A DNA stretch of 64,000 bases from Candidatus Levyibacteriota bacterium (lineage in GTDB: Bacteria; Patescibacteriota; Microgenomatia; Levybacterales; UBA12049). The notes under the pieces were generated by a model, which saw nothing but the letters and a program-made list of their open reading frames with translations, was not told where the DNA came from and did no database searches. Location: NCBI GenBank assembly GCA_030651475.1, contig JAUSEW010000027.1:109614-173613 (forward strand). The letters run 5' to 3'. Numbering within the stretch: the first letter of the stretch is position 1; each line of letters begins with the position of its first letter. Shown piece after piece: positions 1-8,091 of this stretch. Both the position numbers and the translations under genes were made by a program.

Positions 1-544
1 AATAAAGCTTGATTCAAAAGGGCCTTTATTGGCAGACACACCTCAAAGAGTAGGGAAAAACGGCAAACTCTTCAAAATGTATAAATTCCGCTCAATGGTT
101 GAAAATGCCCATGAGATACTGCACGACAACCCGAAATATATGAAACTATTTTCTTTGTACAAAAAAGGAAGCTACAAGTTGAAAAATGATCCGAGAATAA
201 CCGGAGTGGGACATTTTATCCGTAAGTATTCTTTAGATGAAATTCCCCAATTTGTTAATATTCTAAAAGGGGAGATGAGCATAGTTGGGCCAAGAGCATA
301 TTATCCTGACGAGTTAAGGGAACAACAAGGAGAATATCCTCATACGAAGGATTACGTAAAGGTAGTGATTTCGGTCAGGCCGGGAGTAACAGGGCACTGG
401 CAGGTTTCTGGCAGAAGTGAAATTAATTTCGACAAAAGAATTAAAATGGATGCGGAATATGTTAAAAAACGATCTATTCTCTATAACCTTTGGATTATGC
501 TGCAAACTCCATGGGCGATGATTTCCGGTAAAGGCGCCCTCTAA
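1..544 (+). CDS. Polyprenyl glycosylphosphotransferase (WbaP/PglC-type bacterial sugar transferase), C-terminal part; 5' end lies outside the window
   Basis: The ORF runs open to the window edge. The conserved C-terminal motifs of the bacterial sugar transferase family are present: KMYKFRSM and DEIPQFVNILKGEMSIVGPRA. Confidence 0.8.
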   Translation, partial: IKLDSKGPLLADTPQRVGKNGKLFKMYKFRSMVENAHEILHDNPKYMKLFSLYKKGSYKLKNDPRITGVGHFIRKYSLDEIPQFVNILKGEMSIVGPRAYYPDELREQQGEYPHTKDYVKVVISVRPGVTGHWQVSGRSEINFDKRIKMDAEYVKKRSILYNLWIMLQTPWAMISGKGAL

Positions 545-566
545 GCCCCTTTTTCAACACAAGGTA

Positions 567-596
567 TTGACATACGCAAAGCCCATACGATAGAGT
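567..596 (+). promoter_or_regulatory. Putative sigma70-like promoter for the 603 gene (TTGACA, 18-nt spacer, TAGAGT)
   Basis: TTGACA at 567-572 and TAGAGT at 591-596, just upstream of the ATG at 603. Found by eye only. Confidence 0.3.
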
Positions 597-602
597 TAAT
601 AT

Positions 603-2579
603 ATGGAAGGATTTGAGAAAATAGATTTTGGAGTGGAGAAAGCCGCAGTCGATACTTCAGGAGCAAATATCAAGCAAGAAACCGCTATCAATAATAGCAA
701 AAGAAAGTTATCTCCGATTTTAATTGCATTACTAATAGTAGTGGCTTTGGCTGTATTTGGTTTTTTTGCAATATTTCTTCCGGCAAGACCGATAATAGTT
801 TCTGCCCAGCAAACATATTCCCAGGCCAAGCTTACGCTGGACGCTGTTAAAAAACAAAACATTACTTTGGCATCCGATGAATTGAATAAAACTAAAAAAG
901 ATTTAGCAATTACGTCTGAAAAACTAAATTCCATAAGCTTTGTTAGGTTTATTCCAATTGTAAATTGGTATTACAACGATGTCTCTCATATTCTGAAAGC
1001 CGCATCTTATGGTGTTGATGGCGCAAGAGTTTTAATTGATTCAGTAGAGCCTTACAGCGATGTTTTAGGACTTAAAGGACAAGGCAGTTTTGTTGGGGGA
1101 ACAGCATCGCAGCGTATAGAAACCGCAGTCAGAACAATGGGAACGATAACGCCTCACATAGATGAAATAGTCAAATCTTTAGAACTTGCTCAAAAAGAAA
1201 TAGACATGATAGATCCCAATCATTATCCTGCTATTTTTGGCGGAAGTAAAATCAAACAACAATTGGCAAGTATCAAAAGCACAACCAGTCAGGCTGTAAG
1301 TTTTGTTAACGAAGCACGGCCTCTGGTTAAGATTTTGCCAAACCTTCTTGGGGAGCCTACAGACAAAAAATACTTAATCTTATTTCAAAATGACGGTGAG
1401 CTTCGTCCTACCGGAGGCTTCATTACGGCATATTCTGTTTTTAGACTATCTAAAGGCGTTATTCATGTGGACAGATCGGATGATATCTATACTCTTGATG
1501 CTGGAGCTCCGAAGCCAAAAGCTCCTGCTCCAATTCTTAAATATCTTGCTAACGTAACTACATTTAACTTACGCGACACAAATCTTTCTCCTGATTTCAT
1601 AGAGTCAATGAATACATTTAATTCTATATATGAGAAAACTTCAGGAAGAATTAGCGTTGACGGCATTATCGCCATAGATACGCATGTGCTCGTATCGGTG
1701 CTTAAGATATTAGATGATGAAATTACGGTTGACGGTATACGTTTTACAACCAAAAACGATGCCAGATGCGATTGTCCTCAAGTTATTTATCAGCTGGAAA
1801 GTCTTATTAGTACGCCCAGAAGTTTAGATTTAAGAATAACTCCTCTTGCAACTGCTCAAGCCGTAAGAAAAGACATTTTGGGCTCCCTTTTATATGCTCT
1901 TATGGATAAAGCTTTTAAGTCTTCACCTAAGCTTTATTGGGGACCGCTTTTCCAAAATTTGTTAACCCAAGCCAACCAAAAACATGTTCTATTTTACTTA
2001 TATAATAAAGATGCTCAAACAGGAATAGACGCTCTGAATGTAGCCGGCAGAATAAAATCTGTTGATGGAGATTATCTTCATATAAATGAGGCCAACTTCG
2101 GAGGAGCCAAAGCTAATCTTTTCGTTGAGGAATCTGTAGATCAAAAAATAGATATTTCTGGGACAGGGGTTATTACAAAAACTGTTACCATTAATTACAA
2201 AAATCCTCATCCTCCTTCAGATTGTAATCTTGAAAGAGGAGCATTATGTCTGAATGCAGTGTTGAGAGATTGGATTAGAGTTTATGTTCCGAAAGGAAGC
2301 CAGCTCGTAGCTAATCAAGGTTCGGAAGTTAAAGTAACTTCTTACGAAGAATTAGGAAAAACCGTATTTGAAGGATTTTTAACCGTTCGGCCATTGGGTA
2401 CAGCAACGTACAAACTTACATATACTTTGCCATTTAAACTTGCCAACGGATCACCTTTGCCTTTGCTTATTCAGAAACAGCCGGGTACGGATAAAAACGA
2501 ATACACGATAAGCGTAAACGGTAAGCAAATAGATAAGTTCAATCTATTGACGGATAAGACTCTTAATCTAAGCTTATAA
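603..2579 (+). CDS. Membrane-anchored DUF4012-like protein (N-terminal TM helix, large extracytoplasmic domain)
   Basis: 658-aa ORF with one hydrophobic helix near the N-terminus. The motif QNDGELRPTGGFITAYSV resembles the DUF4012 signature. It lies next to a sugar transferase gene. Confidence 0.5.
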   Translation: MEGFEKIDFGVEKAAVDTSGANIKQETAINNSKRKLSPILIALLIVVALAVFGFFAIFLPARPIIVSAQQTYSQAKLTLDAVKKQNITLASDELNKTKKDLAITSEKLNSISFVRFIPIVNWYYNDVSHILKAASYGVDGARVLIDSVEPYSDVLGLKGQGSFVGGTASQRIETAVRTMGTITPHIDEIVKSLELAQKEIDMIDPNHYPAIFGGSKIKQQLASIKSTTSQAVSFVNEARPLVKILPNLLGEPTDKKYLILFQNDGELRPTGGFITAYSVFRLSKGVIHVDRSDDIYTLDAGAPKPKAPAPILKYLANVTTFNLRDTNLSPDFIESMNTFNSIYEKTSGRISVDGIIAIDTHVLVSVLKILDDEITVDGIRFTTKNDARCDCPQVIYQLESLISTPRSLDLRITPLATAQAVRKDILGSLLYALMDKAFKSSPKLYWGPLFQNLLTQANQKHVLFYLYNKDAQTGIDALNVAGRIKSVDGDYLHINEANFGGAKANLFVEESVDQKIDISGTGVITKTVTINYKNPHPPSDCNLERGALCLNAVLRDWIRVYVPKGSQLVANQGSEVKVTSYEELGKTVFEGFLTVRPLGTATYKLTYTLPFKLANGSPLPLLIQKQPGTDKNEYTISVNGKQIDKFNLLTDKTLNLSL

Positions 2580-2581
2580 TC

Positions 2582-3127
2582 ATGAGGTTACACAAAATAG
2601 AAGGTTTTGTTATTAAAAGAAACAATTTTAACGAAGCCGATAGAATTCTGACCGTATTTACCAAACAATCAGGTAAAGTTAAAATTAAAGCAGCAGGTGT
2701 CAGGCGAATTGCCAGCCGCAGATCTCCCCACGTAGAGCTTTTAAATTTATCTCTGCTTACTGTTTATCAAGGCAGGAATATTCCTACGCTTATAGAAGCA
2801 GAAACCATAGAAAGCTTTTCCGATATTAAAAAAAATCTTAAAAAAGTGGGTTTTGCCTATCATATTTGTGAATTGATAGATAAACTTTGCGCGGAGAATC
2901 AGGAGAATAGAGCAGTTTTTAATCTTCTGATGGACATTCTTACGAAACTTGCCAAAGAAGATAATATAGAAGCCACTATTGATAAATTTGAAATTAATTT
3001 GTTAAGTTTGTTGGGATTTTATACGTCTTCGCAATCCCTTATTCCTTCGTTTAATATATCGTCTTTCATAGAAAACATTACGGAAAGAAAACTTAAGAGC
3101 AGGCAATTCTTATCTAAATTTCTGTAA
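2582..3127 (+). CDS. recO: DNA repair protein RecO (short form)
   Basis: The N-terminal OB-fold pattern GFVIKRNNFNEADRILTVFTKQSGKVKIKAAGVRR matches the RecO N-terminus. Confidence 0.65.
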   Translation: MRLHKIEGFVIKRNNFNEADRILTVFTKQSGKVKIKAAGVRRIASRRSPHVELLNLSLLTVYQGRNIPTLIEAETIESFSDIKKNLKKVGFAYHICELIDKLCAENQENRAVFNLLMDILTKLAKEDNIEATIDKFEINLLSLLGFYTSSQSLIPSFNISSFIENITERKLKSRQFLSKFL

Positions 3128-3180
3128 ATTAATCTCCCCTTTTATCGTAACCTCAAAGCTCATAGTGAAATCTTAAACGG

Positions 3181-3196
3181 AAGGGATTATAATAAA
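3181..3196 (+). repeat. 16-bp direct repeat AAGGGATTATAATAAA, copy 1 (contains TATAAT)
   Basis: Identical 16-mer at 3181-3196 and 3576-3591. It contains a consensus -10 hexamer. Confidence 0.75.
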
Positions 3197-3220
3197 AAGA
3201 AATAAAAGCAACAATTCAAA

Positions 3221-3460
3221 ATGCAAAAACCAGCAAAAACAATCATTCTTTTCAATCAGCAAAAAATCCGCCGTTACTGGGATGATGAGAAGGAATTATG
3301 GTATTTCTCTGTTGTTGACGTTATTGCGGCTCTTACAGGTAGCGTTGACCCCTTTGCGTATTGGAGAAAGTTAAAAGAAAGACTTAAGGATGAGGGTGGA
3401 GATGAAACCGTGACAAAATGTCACGCTTTGAAAATGCAAGTAAGCGACGGAAAATTTTAA
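3221..3460 (+). CDS. Bro-N/DinD-like domain protein, truncated (79 aa); possible gene remnant
   Basis: The motif WYFSVVDVIAALTGS..YWRKLKERL matches the Bro-N type. The ORF is far shorter than full-length family members and is followed by about 220 bp of non-coding AT-rich DNA. Confidence 0.4.
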   Translation: MQKPAKTIILFNQQKIRRYWDDEKELWYFSVVDVIAALTGSVDPFAYWRKLKERLKDEGGDETVTKCHALKMQVSDGKF

Positions 3461-3575
3461 ATTCCCTGAAAGAAAAATCAAAAAACTGAAATAACATTAT
3501 AGTAGCTTTCCAAAAAGTGATTTTGGAACAAGCCAATTGCAAAAAAGGTTAAAGGGAAAGTGAAAGAAGAAGGGA

Positions 3576-3591
3576 AAGGGATTATAATAAA
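3576..3591 (+). repeat. 16-bp direct repeat AAGGGATTATAATAAA, copy 2; promoter-like element upstream of the methyltransferase operon
   Basis: Exact copy of the 3181-3196 sequence, about 90 nt upstream of the ATG at 3684. Confidence 0.75.
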
Positions 3592-3683
3592 TATTAATAT
3601 ACGCTATATTTTCTCTTAGGTTTTTATGTATAATTGCTATAGCTATAAAATAGTTAAGATAAGCATCCTGCTTATGTAATTTT

Positions 3684-4523
3684 ATGCAAAATATAATTCC
3701 AATAGGACAAAACAAGGTAATTAATGGATTAGAAGCTAAAAAACCATATTTCAAAAGTGATAATATTCTTATTTATAAAGACGATATTTTGAAAATTGCC
3801 TCTATTCCTGAAAATTCTGTAGATTTGATCGTAACTTCACCGCCTTATAATGTTAATATTCATTACAATTCCCATGTTGACAATTTGACTTATGAGGATT
3901 ATTTGGAATTTACCCAAAAATGGATTAAGAAATGTTTTGATTTAGCAAAAACTGAAGGACGGTTTTTGTTAAACATTCCGCTTGATAAAAATAAAGGCGG
4001 ACAAAAATCAGTTGGAGCAGACATTACACAAATCGCAAAAAATGTTGGCTGGAAATATCACTCAACAATTATTTGGAACGAAGGAAATATATCTCGTCGT
4101 ACTGCTTGGGGTTCATTTATGTCTGCTTCTGCTCCTTATGTTATTGCTCCGGTGGAATTGATTTTGGTTTTATACAAAGACAGCTGGAAGAAGACAGGTG
4201 CGAGTAGGAAAAATGACATTACAAAGCAGGAATTTATGGATTGGACAAACGGAATGTGGACATTTCCTGGCCAAAGTAGAAAAGGAGCAGGCGGTCATCC
4301 CGCACCATTTCCGATTGAATTACCAAGACGGTGTATAAAATTATTTAGCTTTGTCGGTGAAACGGTTTTGGATCCATTTCTAGGAAGCGGAACAACACTT
4401 ATCGCCTCATATCTACATAATAGAAAAGGAATAGGGATTGATATTGATAAAAATTATTGCGATTTGGCAATTAAGCGCTTACAAGTGGAAGCGAAAATAA
4501 ATCAATCAAGTTTGCTAAACTAA
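3684..4523 (+). CDS. DNA methyltransferase, beta-class N4-cytosine/N6-adenine type (SPPY motif IV ahead of the SAM-binding motif)
   Basis: LIVTSPPYNV is the catalytic motif. The SAM-binding region DPFLGSGTTLIAS lies near the C-terminus, which is the circularly permuted beta-class order. Confidence 0.85.
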   Translation: MQNIIPIGQNKVINGLEAKKPYFKSDNILIYKDDILKIASIPENSVDLIVTSPPYNVNIHYNSHVDNLTYEDYLEFTQKWIKKCFDLAKTEGRFLLNIPLDKNKGGQKSVGADITQIAKNVGWKYHSTIIWNEGNISRRTAWGSFMSASAPYVIAPVELILVLYKDSWKKTGASRKNDITKQEFMDWTNGMWTFPGQSRKGAGGHPAPFPIELPRRCIKLFSFVGETVLDPFLGSGTTLIASYLHNRKGIGIDIDKNYCDLAIKRLQVEAKINQSSLLN

Positions 4524-4528
4524 TAATT

Positions 4529-5125
4529 ATGAAGAAAGACAAAAACAACAATATAGTTCAGGAAGATCTTGTAATTGAGTTTTTTAAGAAAAACCCAAAT
4601 AGGGACATAAAACATCCCGAAGTGGTTGATTGGGTTGTATCAGCATATAGAGATAGAACGGGTAATGTGTTTCGTGATCCCGATAGGGCAATTCGTAAAT
4701 TGTCCCAAAGCGGATTTTTAATAAAAATAGCCAAAGGAATTTATAGATATGATCCCAAAAAGGCATATAAACGCGAACTTCAAGATTTTACTGTTGCTCA
4801 AAAACAGACAATTCTAGAAAGAGATGGTTACAAGTGCGTTATATGCGGAAGAGGTAAGAAAGATGGCGTTGATTTACACGTTGACCATATTAAGCCAAAA
4901 GATTTTGGCGGTGAAGCAACAATAGAAAACGGTCAAACTTTATGTTCGCAACATAATTTTATAAAAAAGAATTTGAAGCAAACAGAAACAGGCAAGAAGA
5001 TGTTTATTCGTCTTTATGAATTGGCAAAAAGTGAAAAGAACGAGGAATTAAAAAAGTTTTGCGCAGATGTTCTTGAAACCTACGAAAAACACAATATAAA
5101 TGGGCATATTATCTGGGAAAAATAA
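4529..5125 (+). CDS. HNH endonuclease (candidate restriction endonuclease partner of the methyltransferase)
   Basis: CVICGRGKKDGVDLHVDHIKPKDFGG....CSQHN is an HNH/zinc-finger nuclease motif. It starts 5 nt after the methyltransferase stop. Confidence 0.8.
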   Translation: MKKDKNNNIVQEDLVIEFFKKNPNRDIKHPEVVDWVVSAYRDRTGNVFRDPDRAIRKLSQSGFLIKIAKGIYRYDPKKAYKRELQDFTVAQKQTILERDGYKCVICGRGKKDGVDLHVDHIKPKDFGGEATIENGQTLCSQHNFIKKNLKQTETGKKMFIRLYELAKSEKNEELKKFCADVLETYEKHNINGHIIWEK

Positions 5126-5131
5126 TTACCT

Positions 5132-5518
5132 ATGAATCCTTCCAGAGAACATCAAGATTTAATTAAGGCCCTTAAAAACCATTTTATACAAAGATTGGGC
5201 TTTACTATATTAAGCGTTGATCTTCCTGAATCTTTAGATAAGCCTTTTCAAATTGGCAGACACAGTCCCGATATTATCGCTAAGGATCAATTTGGAATTA
5301 TACAAATTGGAGAGGCTAAGGTAGGAGACAACATATCTTCTCCTGAGTCTGAAGAACAATTTAAGGATTTCTCTAATCAAGTAATGAGGGGAACAAATGT
5401 TCCAGTTCCGTTGCATATAATAATTTTTCAAAAAGATTATAATACTTTATTAACAAAATTAACAACAGTTGGTCTAAGTCAAAAAATAGGTACGAAAATT
5501 GTAATATGGACAATATAG
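5132..5518 (+). CDS. Hypothetical small protein with a possible PD-(D/E)xK nuclease-like motif (SPD...GEAK)
   Basis: 128-aa ORF packed tightly between the HNH and PIN genes. HSPDIIAKDQFGIIQIGEAKVG fits a [S/P]D-x(n)-E-x-K pattern. The fold assignment is speculative. Confidence 0.45.
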   Translation: MNPSREHQDLIKALKNHFIQRLGFTILSVDLPESLDKPFQIGRHSPDIIAKDQFGIIQIGEAKVGDNISSPESEEQFKDFSNQVMRGTNVPVPLHIIIFQKDYNTLLTKLTTVGLSQKIGTKIVIWTI

Positions 5519-6126
5519 CTTCCGATCAAAAGGCTAAAATAGCTGAAACAAAAGAGGCAATAGAAGATAGGCCTGTTGTGAAGGAACCCCCTAGTGGTCC
5601 AAAAATACTCCTAGAGTCATCTTTTATTTTGGCAATACTGAATCAAGTGGATCCAAATAACAAAACTGCTAGTGCAATATTAGGTTTTCTTACGCCTTTT
5701 AACTGCAGATTTCATATTCCATTATTAGTTTCGGCTGAAGTTTTATCAAAAGTCGTACAAAGAGAAAAGGGCGTAGCGGCAGGAATAAAACTCTTTGAGT
5801 CTTTTATGAAAAGACTACCAGGGACACTTTTAACAGGAGCTACGCCCGATTTCGATGATATCGTCAGTCGATATAAAATGTTTGGCAGAAAAGACATAAA
5901 AAATTTACAAGGCAACGATTTCATAATAGTTACAGAAGGAATAATTTCTGGTTCTGTTATTTTAACTTGTGACCATGAAATGTATAAAAGAGTTAAGAAT
6001 TACCATGAAGACATATATTTTGTTGCCACAGACTCTGATAAATATGAGGATGATGCTGCTAAATTAATTAGTAGATTTCTCAAATTATCTGCTGCTCCAG
6101 TCGGTAGCAAACAGGGGGTTAAATAA
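5506..6126 (+). CDS. PIN-domain protein (VapC-like nuclease fold) with an N-terminal extension
   Basis: Four PIN-type acidic positions are recognisable: ILLESSFILA, LLVSAEVLSKV, PDFDDIVS and ILTCDHEMYK. It overlaps the upstream gene by 13 nt. Confidence 0.55.
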   Translation: MDNIASDQKAKIAETKEAIEDRPVVKEPPSGPKILLESSFILAILNQVDPNNKTASAILGFLTPFNCRFHIPLLVSAEVLSKVVQREKGVAAGIKLFESFMKRLPGTLLTGATPDFDDIVSRYKMFGRKDIKNLQGNDFIIVTEGIISGSVILTCDHEMYKRVKNYHEDIYFVATDSDKYEDDAAKLISRFLKLSAAPVGSKQGVK

Positions 6127-6151
6127 TAGATAGGGCGCATGCGTTACGTAT

Positions 6152-6178
6152 ACACCTCGAAGGTGTAAGGCTATTTTC
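6152..6178 (+). terminator. Possible intrinsic terminator (ACACCT-CGA-AGGTGT hairpin then TATTTTC)
   Basis: A 6-bp stem with a 3-nt loop sits 26 nt after the PIN gene stop. A U-rich tract follows after 5 nt. Weak. Confidence 0.3.
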
Positions 6179-6356
6179 AAGAGAAGAAATAGACAAAATA
6201 GGACGACTTTATTAGCAAGGAGTTTTTGCTGCTATTGAATTATTTATTTATGGCTTCTTTTCTGCTATTATAGATTTGTGGATAACCTGATGGAAAAGAT
6301 TGTTTCTCTTTGCAAACGCCGAGCCGCCAAAGGCGAGCCTCGCCTTATTATTCAAT

Positions 6357-7712
6357 ATGGATCAAAAAAATAATAAACAAAACTTAATGGATAAAATTAC
6401 AGCTTTATGTAAGAGGCGGGGTTTTATTTATCCCGGAAGTGAAATCTACGGAGGATTGCAAGGCACTTGGGATTACGGGCCCCTTGGTACGCTTCTGAAA
6501 AAGAATCTAAAAGATATTTGGTGGAAAGACGCAGTTGAGAAAAGAGACGACATGGTGGGAGTTGACGCCGCAATTATGATGCATCCAAAAGCTTGGGAAG
6601 CTTCAGGACATGTGGAAGCATTTACAGATCCTTTGGTTGAATGCAAGATATGCCACGAACGTTTTAGAGCTGATGAGAAAGAAAAAGTTCTTGAGCATAT
6701 CAAAACCCATGATGGGAAAAAAGTTGACTGGACTAATCCGCAAAAGTTTAATTTATTGGTAAAAGCATATTTAGGAGTAATTGAAGGTAAGCAGTCGGAA
6801 TTATATCTGCGGGGAGAAATTACAAACGGAGCACAAGTGAATTTCAGAAATGTTTTAGATTCTACCAGAATAAAAATTCCTTTTGGTATAGCGCAAATAG
6901 GTAAAGCCTTTAGAAATGAAATAACGCCGGGGAATTTTACTTTTAGAAGCAGGGAGTTTGAGCAAATGGAAACCCAATATTACATAAAGCCCGACAAAAA
7001 AGAAGGAGAAAAATGGTTTGAATACTGGAAAGATAACAGAATGAATTTCTATCTTTCTTTGGGAATAAAAAAAGAAAACTTAAGATTTAGAGAACATAGG
7101 GAAGAAGAAAAAGCGCATTATGCGATAGCAGCAACAGATATAGAATATAACGCTCCGTTTGGGTGGTCGGAATTTATGGGCATACATAATAGGGGTGACT
7201 GGGATTTGTCAAGACACCAGAAATATTCGGGACAGAAAATGACATATAAAGATGAAGTAGCTGGAGAAGAATATGTTCCATGGGACATAGAAACATCAGC
7301 AGGAGTTGACAGATCAATATTATTTTTGCTAATTGATTCGTATGAAGAGGATGATCCTTCGACAGGCTCAGGACAAGGGAAGAGAGTGGTTTTGAAGCTT
7401 AATCCCAAGCTTGCTCCGTATAAAGCTGCGGTTTTTCCTCTTCTTGCCAATAAAGAAGATCTTGTAAAAACCGCCAAAGATGTTTATTATAGTCTCAAGA
7501 AAGATATCAATGGAATGGTTGCTTTTGACGCCAGGGGAAATATCGGAAAACGCTATTATTCCCAAGATGAAATCGGTACGCCATATTGCATAACAGTTGA
7601 TTTTCAAACACTTGAAGACGAAACAGTTACGGTTAGGAATAGAGATACGATGAAACAGGAAAGAATAAAAATAGAAAAACTCGCAGAATTCTTAAATCCA
7701 AAAATAGATTAA
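6357..7712 (+). CDS. glyQS: Glycine--tRNA ligase (class II, alpha2 GlyQS type)
   Basis: ITALCKRRGFIYPGSEIYGGLQGTWDYGPLG and downstream class II motifs. The start is taken at the ATG at 6357 inside the longer ORF. Confidence 0.9.
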   Translation: MDQKNNKQNLMDKITALCKRRGFIYPGSEIYGGLQGTWDYGPLGTLLKKNLKDIWWKDAVEKRDDMVGVDAAIMMHPKAWEASGHVEAFTDPLVECKICHERFRADEKEKVLEHIKTHDGKKVDWTNPQKFNLLVKAYLGVIEGKQSELYLRGEITNGAQVNFRNVLDSTRIKIPFGIAQIGKAFRNEITPGNFTFRSREFEQMETQYYIKPDKKEGEKWFEYWKDNRMNFYLSLGIKKENLRFREHREEEKAHYAIAATDIEYNAPFGWSEFMGIHNRGDWDLSRHQKYSGQKMTYKDEVAGEEYVPWDIETSAGVDRSILFLLIDSYEEDDPSTGSGQGKRVVLKLNPKLAPYKAAVFPLLANKEDLVKTAKDVYYSLKKDINGMVAFDARGNIGKRYYSQDEIGTPYCITVDFQTLEDETVTVRNRDTMKQERIKIEKLAEFLNPKID

Positions 7713-7721
7713 GAGTTTATA

Positions 7722-8033
7722 ATGAATATGGAAACCGCAAGGCGTCGTATACAGTTGGTTGTTTCAATAAATGGGACCAAAAGGACTGAACTTACAGGGA
7801 AAGGTTTGATGGTACAGGAGCTAGTTAGGATAGATTACTCTTTAAGAAAGCATGAAAGGCCATCGGTATCTTTTAAAATGTCGGATGACATGGTTCGTGC
7901 ATATTCCGAGAGAAGGGATGAATTGTATAAGCTTCTTGGATTACCCGAGAATCAAATTACCAGAGCAAAAATAATAGATGGTTACAGCGGAAAACTTTGG
8001 GAAATCGGTCATCCCCATTGGCATTTCAAATAA
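7722..8033 (+). CDS. Hypothetical protein (103 aa)
   Basis: ORF only. No recognisable motif. Confidence 0.35.
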   Translation: MNMETARRRIQLVVSINGTKRTELTGKGLMVQELVRIDYSLRKHERPSVSFKMSDDMVRAYSERRDELYKLLGLPENQITRAKIIDGYSGKLWEIGHPHWHFK

Positions 8034-8091
8034 AAATTATAAATATTTCCTTATTGACAAAATTATTGAAATTAGTACAATTATTACATAA

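Noticed and set aside
314-934. Minus-strand ORFs of 63 and 112 aa antisense to the sugar transferase and the DUF4012-like gene. Similar antisense ORFs occur throughout (for example 1487-1753, 6473-6703, 7118-7607, 10912-11118, 16224-16884 and 24450-24824).
   Set aside because: All are embedded antisense to long genes that have clear motifs. They are low-complexity or AT-codon driven and have no recognisable motifs. They are ORF shadows.
6234-6272. TTGAAT...TATTAT promoter-like pair upstream of glyQS
   Set aside because: The spacer is about 25 nt, which does not fit a sigma70-type promoter.
6127-6356. T-box riboswitch upstream of glyQS
   Set aside because: No T-box consensus (AAUUAGGGUGG...) or specifier-loop architecture was found by eye. 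The region is retained as an unexplained structured leader.
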